Assembly (NCBI GenBank): GCA_041694815.1
Contig: JBGFSC010000051.1
Span: 1 to 24,934 of the forward strand
Direction: 5' to 3'
Length of the DNA: 24,934 bases
DNA from: Elusimicrobiota bacterium
GTDB taxonomy: Bacteria > Elusimicrobiota > Elusimicrobia > UBA1565 > JACRDR01
The translations under genes and the position numbers were made by a program. Each line of letters starts with the position of its first letter. The first letter of the stretch is position 1. The notes beneath the pieces were generated by a model. It was not told where the DNA came from. It worked only from the letters and a program-made list of their open reading frames with translations, and did no database searches. Below, in pieces: positions 1 to 8,651 of the stretch.

Positions 1-116
1 AACCTTGCTTGAGCGAGCCTCGCTTTTCGATCTGCTCCACCTCAACCCCAAAAGGCTCGACCGCCTCAGGCGTCAAGACCTCCAGCTATGCCTCCAACTT
101 TAACCGGACAGGAGTG
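1..116 (+). mobile_element. Right end of an IS4-family insertion sequence (transposase C-terminus plus terminal inverted repeat)
   Basis: Frame 2 is open from the window edge (TLLERASLFDLLHLNPKRLDRLRRQDLQLCLQL, TAA at 101-103) and runs into TAACCGGACAGGAGTG (101-116). This matches the ...TAACCGGACAnnAGTG end I recognise from DUF4372-type IS4 elements, where the stop codon overlaps the IR. The left end is outside the window. Confidence 0.7.
2..103 (+). CDS. Partial CDS: last 33 aa of a putative IS4-family transposase
   Basis: Open from the edge. The LLER.SLFDLL...QL.L pattern resembles IS4/DUF4372 transposase C-termini, and the stop lies within the putative IR. Confidence 0.6.
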   Translation, partial: TLLERASLFDLLHLNPKRLDRLRRQDLQLCLQL

Positions 117-130
117 ATTTTTCCTTAAGG

Positions 131-826
131 ATGGAAGAACCGGAAAAACGCCATCAGGAAGCCTTCAACGCGGCGGCGGACGCCGCCGAACGCTGGGCGT
201 TGTCCCTCGCGGGAGAGTTGCCGGTGCGCCCCAGGGGGGTCGCCTTATGGAGAGATCCCGTTCCGAAGAGCGAATGGAAGGCCTATTTCAGGACCCTGCA
301 AAGAAAAATCCTCGCGAATCCCGCCATCCCTCCGTTCCATGAGTTTTATATGCCAGATCTAGACAATGCTCGGGCCGTCACGAGCTCTTGCATCGAGTTG
401 ATCGATTCTAAACAGGGAAAATTGAGCGCCGAAGGCGACGCTCCACTGACGGTCGCGTATTCCAATGAGAGCGACGAAGGCAGCCGCGCGCATGAATGGG
501 TCCACATCACCGATTTCGTGAGGCTTGGTATCGTCGATGGCCATGGGCGCGGCATCAGACCCATGACCTTCATGGAGGTTTTTTTTACGGAATTACGCGG
601 CCAAGCAATGAGTTATTTATTTCTCAAGAATTATCGAGTGTTTGGTCCTGGAAATTTCAGGGATTATTGGGAATCGAGGATTTCCGCTTATCCCTGGGGC
701 AAGGCCTTTGGAGAGGATTTTAGAATCAACCAGGCGAAGGGAAACGAAATCCTGAAAAACACTGCTAAAGACTGCGGGCCTTACTTTAAGGGGCGTATGG
801 AGTATAAGCGAACGATCGTCCCCTAG
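131..826 (+). CDS. Hypothetical protein with HEXXH zincin-like motif, possibly N-terminally truncated by the IS
   Basis: 231-aa ORF with RAHEWVH followed by a downstream Glu (FFTELRG). It is visibly more AT-rich than the core. The frame is open back to the IS end at 116. Confidence 0.7.
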   Translation: MEEPEKRHQEAFNAAADAAERWALSLAGELPVRPRGVALWRDPVPKSEWKAYFRTLQRKILANPAIPPFHEFYMPDLDNARAVTSSCIELIDSKQGKLSAEGDAPLTVAYSNESDEGSRAHEWVHITDFVRLGIVDGHGRGIRPMTFMEVFFTELRGQAMSYLFLKNYRVFGPGNFRDYWESRISAYPWGKAFGEDFRINQAKGNEILKNTAKDCGPYFKGRMEYKRTIVP

Positions 827-837
827 TCGTCCGAGCG

Positions 838-867
838 TTGACCGTCCTCATTTAAAAACGTTAGCAT
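838..867 (+). promoter_or_regulatory. Sigma70-like promoter, probably leaderless transcript
   Basis: TTGACC (838-843), 18 nt, TAGCAT (862-867), then ATG at 874 after 6 nt. Confidence 0.5.
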
Positions 868-873
868 GGAGCC

Positions 874-1290
874 ATGCTCGGCTCCATGCTGGCCTTGCAC
901 GTGCTCGGCATCATCCTCTGGGTCGGCGGCGTGTTCGCCGCGGGCCGTGTGCTTTTAGACCACGCCAGGTCGGGACCGGGACCGTCGTTTACGGCCTTGG
1001 AGCGCAGCCTGATGCTAAGGACAGCGCATCCCGGGATGCTGCTCGTGCTGCTGACGGGGGCGGCGATGCTGGCCTTCAACCCCGAATATTATTTGCGCGA
1101 GTACTGGATGCTGGCCAAACTGGGCGTGGCCGTGTTGATGATTCTTCCGACGATCGCGCTGACCGTCGCCAGCCGCAGAATGGCCGAGCGCTTCGACGCC
1201 TCCTGCGAGGGCAAGCTGCGGCGCTGGCGCCGCTTGTTCATGGGCTTGGCCCTCGCGGAATTGATCCTCGTCTTCGTCAAGCCGATTTAA
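874..1290 (+). CDS. HemJ/UPF0093 (CopD-like) four-helix membrane protein, protoporphyrinogen oxidase-like
   Basis: ALHVLGIILWVGG, LERSL...HPGM, W.LAKL and C-terminal ILVFVKPI match HemJ-family hallmarks (LH...W.AG, ME.RL...P.M, W...KL, LVV.KPF). Confidence 0.75.
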   Translation: MLGSMLALHVLGIILWVGGVFAAGRVLLDHARSGPGPSFTALERSLMLRTAHPGMLLVLLTGAAMLAFNPEYYLREYWMLAKLGVAVLMILPTIALTVASRRMAERFDASCEGKLRRWRRLFMGLALAELILVFVKPI

Positions 1291-1961
1291 GACGCCCCCA
1301 ATTTTTCTAGGGCGCGGCGGGCGACTTCCTGATAAGCCGGGTCGCGCGACTCCAGCATGGAGCGGTAGATGCGCCTCGCCTCGCCGCGCCGCCCCGCCCG
1401 TAGGTTCAGGAAGGCGACGAGATTCTTGATCATCGTGGGGCAGTCGGGGTCGTCGACGACCGGGCTCAATTCGCGTAGTATCGACAAGGCATCTCCCTTG
1501 TGCTGGAAGCCGATCGCGGCCAGGTAGGCGCGGTATTTCCATTCCTTGGGGTTCCTCGCGGAGGCGTATTGCAGCACCCGCACCGCCTCCTGGGGCCGGC
1601 CGAGATTGAAGGCCAAAGCGCCGGCGCCGTAGAGCGCCGCGTAGCTAAAGTACGGGTCGAGGTCGAGTATGCGCAGGCTGCGCTCTAAGAGCTCGGGATA
1701 ATGGCCGGCTCCGAACGGCGTCTCGTGCGAGTGGCCGTGCCCGTCTTCCCCGGATTCCGGCGTTCCATAATACATGAGGAGGCGGATGAAGGCGAGATCG
1801 GCGGCCAGGCGGCGCATGCCCAGCGAGGCGAGGAATATGTTTTGGGTGGCGTCCCGGGCGCTCAGGGGGACCGAGCTGATGGGAGGCATGGGCCAGTAAA
1901 AGGACTGGAGCGTCGCGTGATTGCCCAGGATGAGCGCAAGGACGAGGGCGGCCCACCTCAT
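1287..1961 (-). CDS. TPR-like membrane/exported protein, PilG/XapA-like partner of the ABC transporter
   Basis: The likely start ATG at 1961 overlaps the permease stop (ATGA) and gives a hydrophobic N-terminus (MRWAALVLALILG). Motifs SLGMRRLAADL.FIR...YYG and LDPYF..A.LYG, followed by TPR-like helices. Confidence 0.8.
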   Translation of the reverse strand: MRWAALVLALILGNHATLQSFYWPMPPISSVPLSARDATQNIFLASLGMRRLAADLAFIRLLMYYGTPESGEDGHGHSHETPFGAGHYPELLERSLRILDLDPYFSYAALYGAGALAFNLGRPQEAVRVLQYASARNPKEWKYRAYLAAIGFQHKGDALSILRELSPVVDDPDCPTMIKNLVAFLNLRAGRRGEARRIYRSMLESRDPAYQEVARRALEKLGAS

Positions 1962-2728
1962 AGGTCCTTTCGGCGGATGAGGGCTTGGGCCAACAGTAGG
2001 CACGCGGCGGAGTAGGCCAGGGAATAGATCAGCCCGAACAGCACCGGGGAGGAGGTGCCCAGCGCCTCGGGGAGGGCGATGCGGTCGCGGAAATTGAGCA
2101 ATTCGAGGTTCGGCAGCAGCCGCAAGAGCGCCAGCAGGGGCCAGGAGGCGGTCGACTCGCCCAACCTGCGGGCGAGGAAGTTCAATTCCTGGATGAAATG
2201 CCCCAGCGTCCACAAGATGCCCGTCATGGTCAGCGCCGAGAGGGGGGATGTGGTCGAGAGGGCCAGCAGCGTGGTCAGGGACACGGCGATGAGCAGCTTG
2301 AGCAATATCCCGAATACGGCGAGGGCGTAATCCCCGTGCCAGGCCCAACCCTTGAAAAACAGGATGGAGAGGTGGAGGGCGCTCATCGCGAGCACCGCCA
2401 GGGCGATCGAAAGGGCGAGGCCGAGCACGCGGCCCAGCAGGTAGCTGCCGCGCGACAAGGGGCGGCTTAAGACCAGGTAGACCACCTTCGTCTCCATCTC
2501 GCGCAGCAGCTGGTTGGCGGCCCCGAAGACGGCAGCGGCCAAGGCCAGCGTCTCGATGAAGCCCAGGCCGAAATCCAGGAGGGCGCGCAGCTCCTGGTCG
2601 ACGGCCAACATGCCCAACAGCAGGCTGAGGTAGAGCATCACCCCGGCAAACAGCAGGGCGACCTGGTAGGCCCGGCTGCGCCATTGCTCGCGCAGCGTGT
2701 TGGAGGCGATCGGCCAAAGGGCCCTCAT
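1958..2728 (-). CDS. ABC-2 type transporter permease (PilI-like)
   Basis: 256 aa, about 6 TM segments; IA.NT.RE..R, E.E.K.VY..LSRP.SR..YLLGR..G and LLPNL motifs; ATGA overlap with the ATPase. Confidence 0.9.
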   Translation of the reverse strand: MRALWPIASNTLREQWRSRAYQVALLFAGVMLYLSLLLGMLAVDQELRALLDFGLGFIETLALAAAVFGAANQLLREMETKVVYLVLSRPLSRGSYLLGRVLGLALSIALAVLAMSALHLSILFFKGWAWHGDYALAVFGILLKLLIAVSLTTLLALSTTSPLSALTMTGILWTLGHFIQELNFLARRLGESTASWPLLALLRLLPNLELLNFRDRIALPEALGTSSPVLFGLIYSLAYSAACLLLAQALIRRKDL

Positions 2729-3549
2729 CGCCAGGCCCCCTCGGAGCTAGGACGCACCGTCTCGACGAAGAGCTCCTCGAGCCGACCTGGGGCCGCCGAC
2801 CAGTCCCTCTGCTCTAGGGTGCGCACGAGCCGCCCCTGGGCCAGTATCGCGACGCGGTGGCAGAGCCGCTCCACCTCCGAGATGCTGTGCGAGCAGAGGA
2901 CGAGGCTCTTGCCCTCCTTCTGTAGGCGGGAGAGCACCGCCCGGAATTCGGTGATGGCCAGCGGGTCGAGCCCGCTGGCCGGCTCGTCGAGCAGGAGCAG
3001 ACGCGGCTCGTGGAGCATGGCCTGGGCCAGGCCTACGCGCTGCAGCATGCCCTTGGAGAACTCCGCCATGCGGCGCTCGGCGTGCGGGCGCAGCCCGGTC
3101 TGCTCTAAGACGGCGGCGCAGCGCGCGCCCAGCTCCGCCGAGGGGATCCCGGAAAGCCGGCCGAAGAAGCGAAGGGCCTCCCGGGGCGAAAGGTACGGGT
3201 AGAAATACGGTAGCTCCGGGAGATAGCCGACGGCGCGATGGGACTCGCGGCTGTCGGGTAGATGCCCGAACACGCGCAGCTCACCGGAGCTCGGCGCGAG
3301 CAGGCCCAGGGCCAGCTTGAGCGTCGTGGTCTTGCCGCTGCCGTTGAGGCCCAGAAGCCCCAAGGTCTCGCCCGGGGCGAGCTCAAGCGTCAGGTCCTCG
3401 AGGCCGATGCGGCGCGTCGTCCGCCCCAAATGCGAGCGGACGTAGACCTTGCTGACGCCTTGGTAGGACAGTGCGGCTAGCGGGGCGCAAGCCCCGCTGT
3501 GCCGGCCCTCATGGGGGCTATGGGAGGGCCGGCCTAGAGTCTCACCCAT
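2725..3549 (-). CDS. ABC transporter ATP-binding protein (PilH-like)
   Basis: Walker A GLNGSGKTT, GYLPELPYFYPYL, signature FSKGMLQR, Walker B LLLLDEP, H-loop CSH. Confidence 0.93.
   Translation of the reverse strand: MGETLGRPSHSPHEGRHSGACAPLAALSYQGVSKVYVRSHLGRTTRRIGLEDLTLELAPGETLGLLGLNGSGKTTTLKLALGLLAPSSGELRVFGHLPDSRESHRAVGYLPELPYFYPYLSPREALRFFGRLSGIPSAELGARCAAVLEQTGLRPHAERRMAEFSKGMLQRVGLAQAMLHEPRLLLLDEPASGLDPLAITEFRAVLSRLQKEGKSLVLCSHSISEVERLCHRVAILAQGRLVRTLEQRDWSAAPGRLEELFVETVRPSSEGAWR
3477..3537. repeat. 57-bp double-hairpin element flanked by CTAG direct repeats
   Basis: CTAG at 3477-3480 and 3534-3537; hairpin AGCGGGGC-GCAA-GCCCCGCT (3479-3498); hairpin GCCGGCCCTC-N13-GAGGGCCGGC (3501-3533). 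Confidence 0.75.
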
Positions 3550-5147
3550 CGCACGGCGGTGATGCCCGGGGTCTCCGAGAGTTCCTTGAGGGCGTCGGGG
3601 GGGACATCCTCGTCCACGGTGATGACCATGACGGCCAGCTGCTTCGGGGAATGCCGCCCCACGCGCATGTCGGCGATGTTGATACCGTGCCGCCCCAGCA
3701 GCATGCCGACGGCCCCGATGCGCCCCGGCTGGTCCTGGTTCGTGATGACCAGCATCTTGCCGCGCGGGCGGACGTCCACGAACAGGTCGTTGAGGCGCAG
3801 GATGCGCGGGCCGTGGGAGACGACGGATCCCGAGACCTTGATCTCCCCCGCGTCGGTGACGGCGCAGACCTCCAGGAGTCTCGAATAGCCCTCGATTCCC
3901 GAGGGGTCGGAGGATTCGGAGACCTTGATCCCGCGCTCCTTGGCCAGGATCGGGGCGTTGATGAAGCCCACCCCCTGCGCCAGGATGCTGCCCAGCAGGC
4001 CCTTGAGAGCGGCGACCGCGATGGGGTGGTGCTGGCGCGACTCGAAATCGCCGTGGAAGACGCAGCGCAGCTCCCGTACCCCGGAGTCGAGCATCTGCCC
4101 GACGAATAGCCCCAGCTTCTCTCCGAGCTCAAGATAGACGCCGATGGATTCGAGGGTCTCGGGGTCGAAGCCGGGAAGGTTCAGCGCGTAGCGGGCCAGC
4201 CCCCGCTCGTAGAACTCGATGATCCCCTTGGAAAGCTCCTCGGCCACCTTGCGCTGGGCCTCCTCGGTGGAGGCCCCCAGATGAGGGGTCAAGAGCACGT
4301 TGGGCATCTTCCGTAGGGGATGCTCGGGCGGCAGCGGCTCCTTCTCGAACACGTCGAGCGCGGCCCCCTTGAGCCTTCCCGATTTCACCGCCTCGATCAA
4401 CGCGGACTCGACGATCAATTCGCCGCGGGCGCAGTTGACCAGCCGGGCCCCGGGCTTGACCCAGGCCAAGGTCTCGGCGTTGAACAGGCCCCTCGTCTGC
4501 TCGGAGACGGGCATGTGGAGGGTGAGGAAATCGGATTGCTCGAGCACCTCGCGCAAGGAGAGCAGGGAGGCGCCGATCCCCTTGGCCTGCTCCAAGGAGA
4601 TGTAGGGGTCGTAGGCGAGCACCTGCATCCCGAAGCTGGCCGCGCGCCTGGCCACCTCGCGCCCGATGCGGCCGAGCCCCAGCACGCCGAGGGTCTTGCC
4701 GAGCAATTCGGTGCCCATCCAAGGGGCGCGCTGCCAGCGCCCCGCGCGCATGTCCGCGTCGGCCTGGGGGATGTTGCGCGAGAGCGAGAGCAGCAGCCCC
4801 CAGGTATGCTCGCAGGCGGCGATCGTATTGGCCTGCGGGGCGTTGATCACCGCGATGCCGCGCTTGGAGGCGCTCTCCACGTCGATGTTGTCCACGCCGA
4901 CTCCCGCTCGGCCGATGATGCGCAATTGCGGCGCCTTATCGATCCACTGCGCCGTCACCTTGGTCTCCGAGCGCACCAGCCAAGCCGAGATCGAGGGAAG
5001 AAGGGAGAGGAGGCGCTCGGGTTCCGGGTGAAGGTCGACTTTGAGGAGCACCCCAGGGTGTTCGGCCAAGGGCCGCAGCCCGTCGCGGTCGATGGGGTCG
5101 GTCACCAGTACCGTGAAGCGCTTGCCGTTCTCGCTGACGGCCGGCAT
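3534..5147 (-). CDS. serA: D-3-phosphoglycerate dehydrogenase (type I, ASB plus ACT domains)
   Basis: VRSETKVT, GRAGVGVDNID, GLGRIG, NCARG, DVFEKEP, TPHLGAST and C-terminal ACT (NQDQPGRIG..G..LG..GINIA.M). Start placed at ATG 5147, just after the upstream stop. Confidence 0.96.
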   Translation of the reverse strand: MPAVSENGKRFTVLVTDPIDRDGLRPLAEHPGVLLKVDLHPEPERLLSLLPSISAWLVRSETKVTAQWIDKAPQLRIIGRAGVGVDNIDVESASKRGIAVINAPQANTIAACEHTWGLLLSLSRNIPQADADMRAGRWQRAPWMGTELLGKTLGVLGLGRIGREVARRAASFGMQVLAYDPYISLEQAKGIGASLLSLREVLEQSDFLTLHMPVSEQTRGLFNAETLAWVKPGARLVNCARGELIVESALIEAVKSGRLKGAALDVFEKEPLPPEHPLRKMPNVLLTPHLGASTEEAQRKVAEELSKGIIEFYERGLARYALNLPGFDPETLESIGVYLELGEKLGLFVGQMLDSGVRELRCVFHGDFESRQHHPIAVAALKGLLGSILAQGVGFINAPILAKERGIKVSESSDPSGIEGYSRLLEVCAVTDAGEIKVSGSVVSHGPRILRLNDLFVDVRPRGKMLVITNQDQPGRIGAVGMLLGRHGINIADMRVGRHSPKQLAVMVITVDEDVPPDALKELSETPGITAVRWVRL

Positions 5148-5148
5148 A

Positions 5149-6252
5149 TTATTTATTAGGGGAGGCGGCGATCGGGCCCAAGCGCCGCGCGAGCGCGGCA
5201 AGGCCGGCGTCGACGTCCATCTGGGTGATGTATCCCATATGCGCGACGCGCACGATCTTCCCCTTGAGTTTTTCCTGGCCGTTAGCGATAGAGATGCGCT
5301 CTTCCTCCAGAAGGGCCTTGAGTAGGGCGTTGCCATCGATGCCGGAAGGCAGCCAGGCGGCCGTCAGGATGTCGGCGGGGTCGGAGGCGTAGAGGCGCAG
5401 GCCGATTTCCGAGAGCCGTTGGCGCGTGTGGGCGGCCAGCGTCGCCGTCCGCTTCCATACGTTCTCGATGCCCTCGGCGCGGATAAGGCGTAGGGCCTCC
5501 GCCTGGGCCACGACCAGGTTGACCGCCGGAGTGTAGGGGGTTTCCTTATTGGGGATGCTATCACGGATGATGCGCCAGTCGAAGTAAAAGCGGGGAAGTC
5601 GGGCCGATTCGACGGCCCGCCAGGCGCGCGGGGAAACGCTTGCGAAGGCCAGGCCCGGCCCATTCATGAGCCCCTTTTGGGAACCGGTGAGAACGACATC
5701 GAGCTCCCAGGCGTCCGTCTCGCATTCCTCGGCGGCCAGGCCGGAGACCGAATCGACGACGACAAGCGCGTCGGAATTCTCGTGAACGACGCGCGATAAG
5801 GACGCGAGATCGTTGACGATGCCGGTGGAAGTATCGGTGTGCTGCAGGAACACCGCCTTGACCGTGGGGTTTTTCTTTAAGGCCTCGCGGAGCCGGGCCC
5901 CATCGGCGGCGCGTCCCCACGGCTCCTCGACGACCGTGGGGGAGATGCCATAGGCGCGCAAGATCTTCACGAATCGGTCGCCGAAGGCCCCGGTGGTGTG
6001 CACCAGGGCAAGTTCGCCCGGAGACAGGAGATTGGCCACCGCCGACTCCATGGAGCCGGTGCCGGAGGCGGTCAGCATCAAGACCGTATTCTTGCTCCGG
6101 TAGACGTACTGCATGTCCGCGATCACCTGCTCGAAGCATTTGCCAAACTCCGCGGTGCGGTGGTGGAGGATGGGCTCGGCCAACTTCGCCGAAACGGAGG
6201 GCGGCAATGGCGTGGGGCCGGGAGTAAGCAGGATGGTGGGCCGCGGCTTCAT
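5149..6252 (-). CDS. Class V PLP-dependent aminotransferase (alanine-glyoxylate/serine-pyruvate family), probable phosphoserine aminotransferase by context
   Basis: [29 protein letters not shown] lysine in GSQKGL, TPYTP, RVAHMG; adjacent to serA. Confidence 0.92.
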   Translation of the reverse strand: MKPRPTILLTPGPTPLPPSVSAKLAEPILHHRTAEFGKCFEQVIADMQYVYRSKNTVLMLTASGTGSMESAVANLLSPGELALVHTTGAFGDRFVKILRAYGISPTVVEEPWGRAADGARLREALKKNPTVKAVFLQHTDTSTGIVNDLASLSRVVHENSDALVVVDSVSGLAAEECETDAWELDVVLTGSQKGLMNGPGLAFASVSPRAWRAVESARLPRFYFDWRIIRDSIPNKETPYTPAVNLVVAQAEALRLIRAEGIENVWKRTATLAAHTRQRLSEIGLRLYASDPADILTAAWLPSGIDGNALLKALLEEERISIANGQEKLKGKIVRVAHMGYITQMDVDAGLAALARRLGPIAASPNK

Positions 6253-8651
6253 GCGGCAGCGCCGGGACGCTGGAGCGGCTCGCTTCTATCGGTCAGCGGC
6301 GAGCCGAGGCCCGGCCAAGCGGAACCTCTCGCCTTGGCCATCTCGGGCAGCAGGGCCTTGGCGAACACATCAGAGATATGGCGGACCGGATGCATCTCGA
6401 GCTGGGCCAGGACATCCTTGGGGATGTCCTCGAGGTCCTTGGCGTTCGCGTACGGGAACAAGACGGTCTTGATCCCCTCGCGGTGGGCTGCCATCACCTT
6501 CTCCTTGAGGCCGCCGATGGGCAGCACGCGGCCGCGCAGGGTGATCTCGCCGGTCATCGCCACGTCCGGTCGAACGGGGCGCCCTGAGATCTGGCTGGCT
6601 AAGGCCGTCGCCAGCGTGATGCCGGCCGAGGGGCCGTCCTTGGGGATCGCCCCTTCCGGCACGTGTACGTGAAAATCCTGCCTGCGAAAAGTGGCCGGAG
6701 GCACTCCCAGCCACTTGGCGGCGGACTTGATGTAGGAAAGGGCGGCCTGGGCGGATTCCTGCATCACCGAGCCGAGCTTGCCGGTCAAGGTCAGGGCTCC
6801 CTTGCCAGGAGTGGCCACGACCTCGATGGCCAGGACCTCGCCTCCGTGCTCGGTCCAGGCCAGTCCGGTCGCCACGCCCACCTCGTTATGGGCGATGCGC
6901 TCCTGGTGGAACTTTGGGACGCCGAGGTACTTCGGGATGTCTCCGGCATCGATGACGAGCTTTTGGGGCTTCTCTTGGACTATCTTCTTGGCCGCTTTGC
7001 GGGCGAGGCTGCCCATCTCCCTCTCGAGGTTGCGCACGCCGGCCTCCCGGGTGTATTCGCGGATGGCGCGGTCGAGCGCGGCGTCGCGGATCTCGACCAA
7101 GGAGGGAGCCAGGCCGTGGTCCTTGAGTTGCTTGGGGATCAGGTAGCCGCGGGCGATCGATATCTTTTCCCGATGAGTGTATCCCGGAAAGCGCATAATC
7201 TCGAGCCGGTCTTGGAGGCTGACGGGTATCCCCTCGAGCGTATTCGCGGTGCAGATGAACATGACGTTGGAAAGGTCGAACTCGACGTCGAGGTAATGGT
7301 CGAGGAAGGTCGAATTCTGCTCCGGGTCGAGGACCTCGAGCAGGGCGGCCGCTGGATCGCCGCGCCAATCCATTCCCATCTTGTCGATCTCGTCGAGCAG
7401 GAAAACCGGATTGCGGCTCTGCGCCTTGCGCAGGGACTGAATGATTCGTCCAGGGAGAGATCCAATGTAGGTGCGCCGATGCCCGCGTATCTCCGCCTCG
7501 TCGCGGACTCCCCCGAGCGAAAGGCGGACGAACTTGCGGCCCACCGCGCGCGCGATGGAACGCCCGAGCGAGGTTTTGCCCACCCCGGGCGGGCCGACGA
7601 AGCAGAGGATGGGCCCCCGCAATCTTCTCGTCAATTGGCATACGGCGAGGTACTCCAGGATACGCTCCTTGGGCTTTTCGAGACCGTAGTGGTCCTCGTC
7701 GAGCACCTTGCCCGCCCGCGAGATATCCAGGTTGTCGCGGGTCTGCTTGGACCAGGGAAGCCCGATCATCCAATCCAGGTAGGTGCGGCAAACGGTCGAT
7801 TCCGGCGAGAAGGGCATCATCTTCTCGAGGCGGCTTAAATCCTTAAGGGCCGCCTCCTGAGCCGCTTTGGGCATCTTCGCCTGGGCTATCTTTTCGCGCA
7901 GTTCCTCGATTTCCTTGCCGAAATCGTCCTTCTGACGGAGCTCCTTTTGTATGGCCTTCATCTGTTCCGTCAGGTAGTACTCCTTCTGCGTCTTTTCGAT
8001 CTGCGTGCGCACCTGCGAGTGGATCTTCTTGTCGAGGTTGAGGATGTCGATCTCGGCGTTGATGAGGGTGATGAGCTTCTTGGCGCGCGCCTTGGGGTCG
8101 AAACTCTCGAGCAGGGCCTGGCGCTCGGCGATCTTGACGATCGCGCTGGCGGCGATCGTGTCCGTCAGGCGGCCGAGTTCGTCGATTTGGGCGAGGGGGG
8201 CCAGGGCCTCTACGGCCACGCGGCGGCTGAGCTTGACGTAGCGTTCAAAGACCTCGATGGAATGGCGCATGAGGGCGGCGGCCTCGGGGCCGGAGCGCAC
8301 AGGCTCCTCGATGTGCTCCAAGCCGCTTTCCCAATAGCCCTTGCCCGAGAACTGCGGGGAGGCGGCCCGCGCGCGGCTGAGCCCCTGCAGGAACACCTTC
8401 AGCGTGCCGTCGGGCATCTTGAGCGACTGGATGATCTCCGCGAGCACGCCGACCTCGTAGAGGTCCTTGGTCTGGGGGTCCTCGATCGACGCCTGGCGCT
8501 GCGCGACGACCAGGATGAGCTTGGCCGGCTCCGCCGCGGCGGCCTCCAGGGCGCGGATGGATTTCTCGCGGCCGACCGACAAGGGCAGGGCCATATGCGG
8601 GAATAGCACCACGTCCCGGACGGCTAGGAGCGGAAGATGGGAGGGTTTCAT
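6249..8651 (-). CDS. lon: ATP-dependent Lon protease (endopeptidase La)
   Basis: N-domain [29 protein letters not shown], Walker [18 protein letters not shown], catalytic PKDGPSAG (Ser) and GGLKEK (Lys). Confidence 0.98.
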   Translation of the reverse strand: MKPSHLPLLAVRDVVLFPHMALPLSVGREKSIRALEAAAAEPAKLILVVAQRQASIEDPQTKDLYEVGVLAEIIQSLKMPDGTLKVFLQGLSRARAASPQFSGKGYWESGLEHIEEPVRSGPEAAALMRHSIEVFERYVKLSRRVAVEALAPLAQIDELGRLTDTIAASAIVKIAERQALLESFDPKARAKKLITLINAEIDILNLDKKIHSQVRTQIEKTQKEYYLTEQMKAIQKELRQKDDFGKEIEELREKIAQAKMPKAAQEAALKDLSRLEKMMPFSPESTVCRTYLDWMIGLPWSKQTRDNLDISRAGKVLDEDHYGLEKPKERILEYLAVCQLTRRLRGPILCFVGPPGVGKTSLGRSIARAVGRKFVRLSLGGVRDEAEIRGHRRTYIGSLPGRIIQSLRKAQSRNPVFLLDEIDKMGMDWRGDPAAALLEVLDPEQNSTFLDHYLDVEFDLSNVMFICTANTLEGIPVSLQDRLEIMRFPGYTHREKISIARGYLIPKQLKDHGLAPSLVEIRDAALDRAIREYTREAGVRNLEREMGSLARKAAKKIVQEKPQKLVIDAGDIPKYLGVPKFHQERIAHNEVGVATGLAWTEHGGEVLAIEVVATPGKGALTLTGKLGSVMQESAQAALSYIKSAAKWLGVPPATFRRQDFHVHVPEGAIPKDGPSAGITLATALASQISGRPVRPDVAMTGEITLRGRVLPIGGLKEKVMAAHREGIKTVLFPYANAKDLEDIPKDVLAQLEMHPVRHISDVFAKALLPEMAKARGSAWPGLGSPLTDRSEPLQRPGAAA

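Noticed and set aside
1962..2717. N-terminal 252 aa of the 476-aa ORF 1287..2717
   Set aside because: It is an alternative frame of the permease gene, Arg/Pro/Gly-rich. The real protein most plausibly starts at the ATGA overlap (1961).
5148..5336. N-terminal extension of serA in the ORF track
   Set aside because: It overlaps the aminotransferase; SerA homology begins after ATG 5147.
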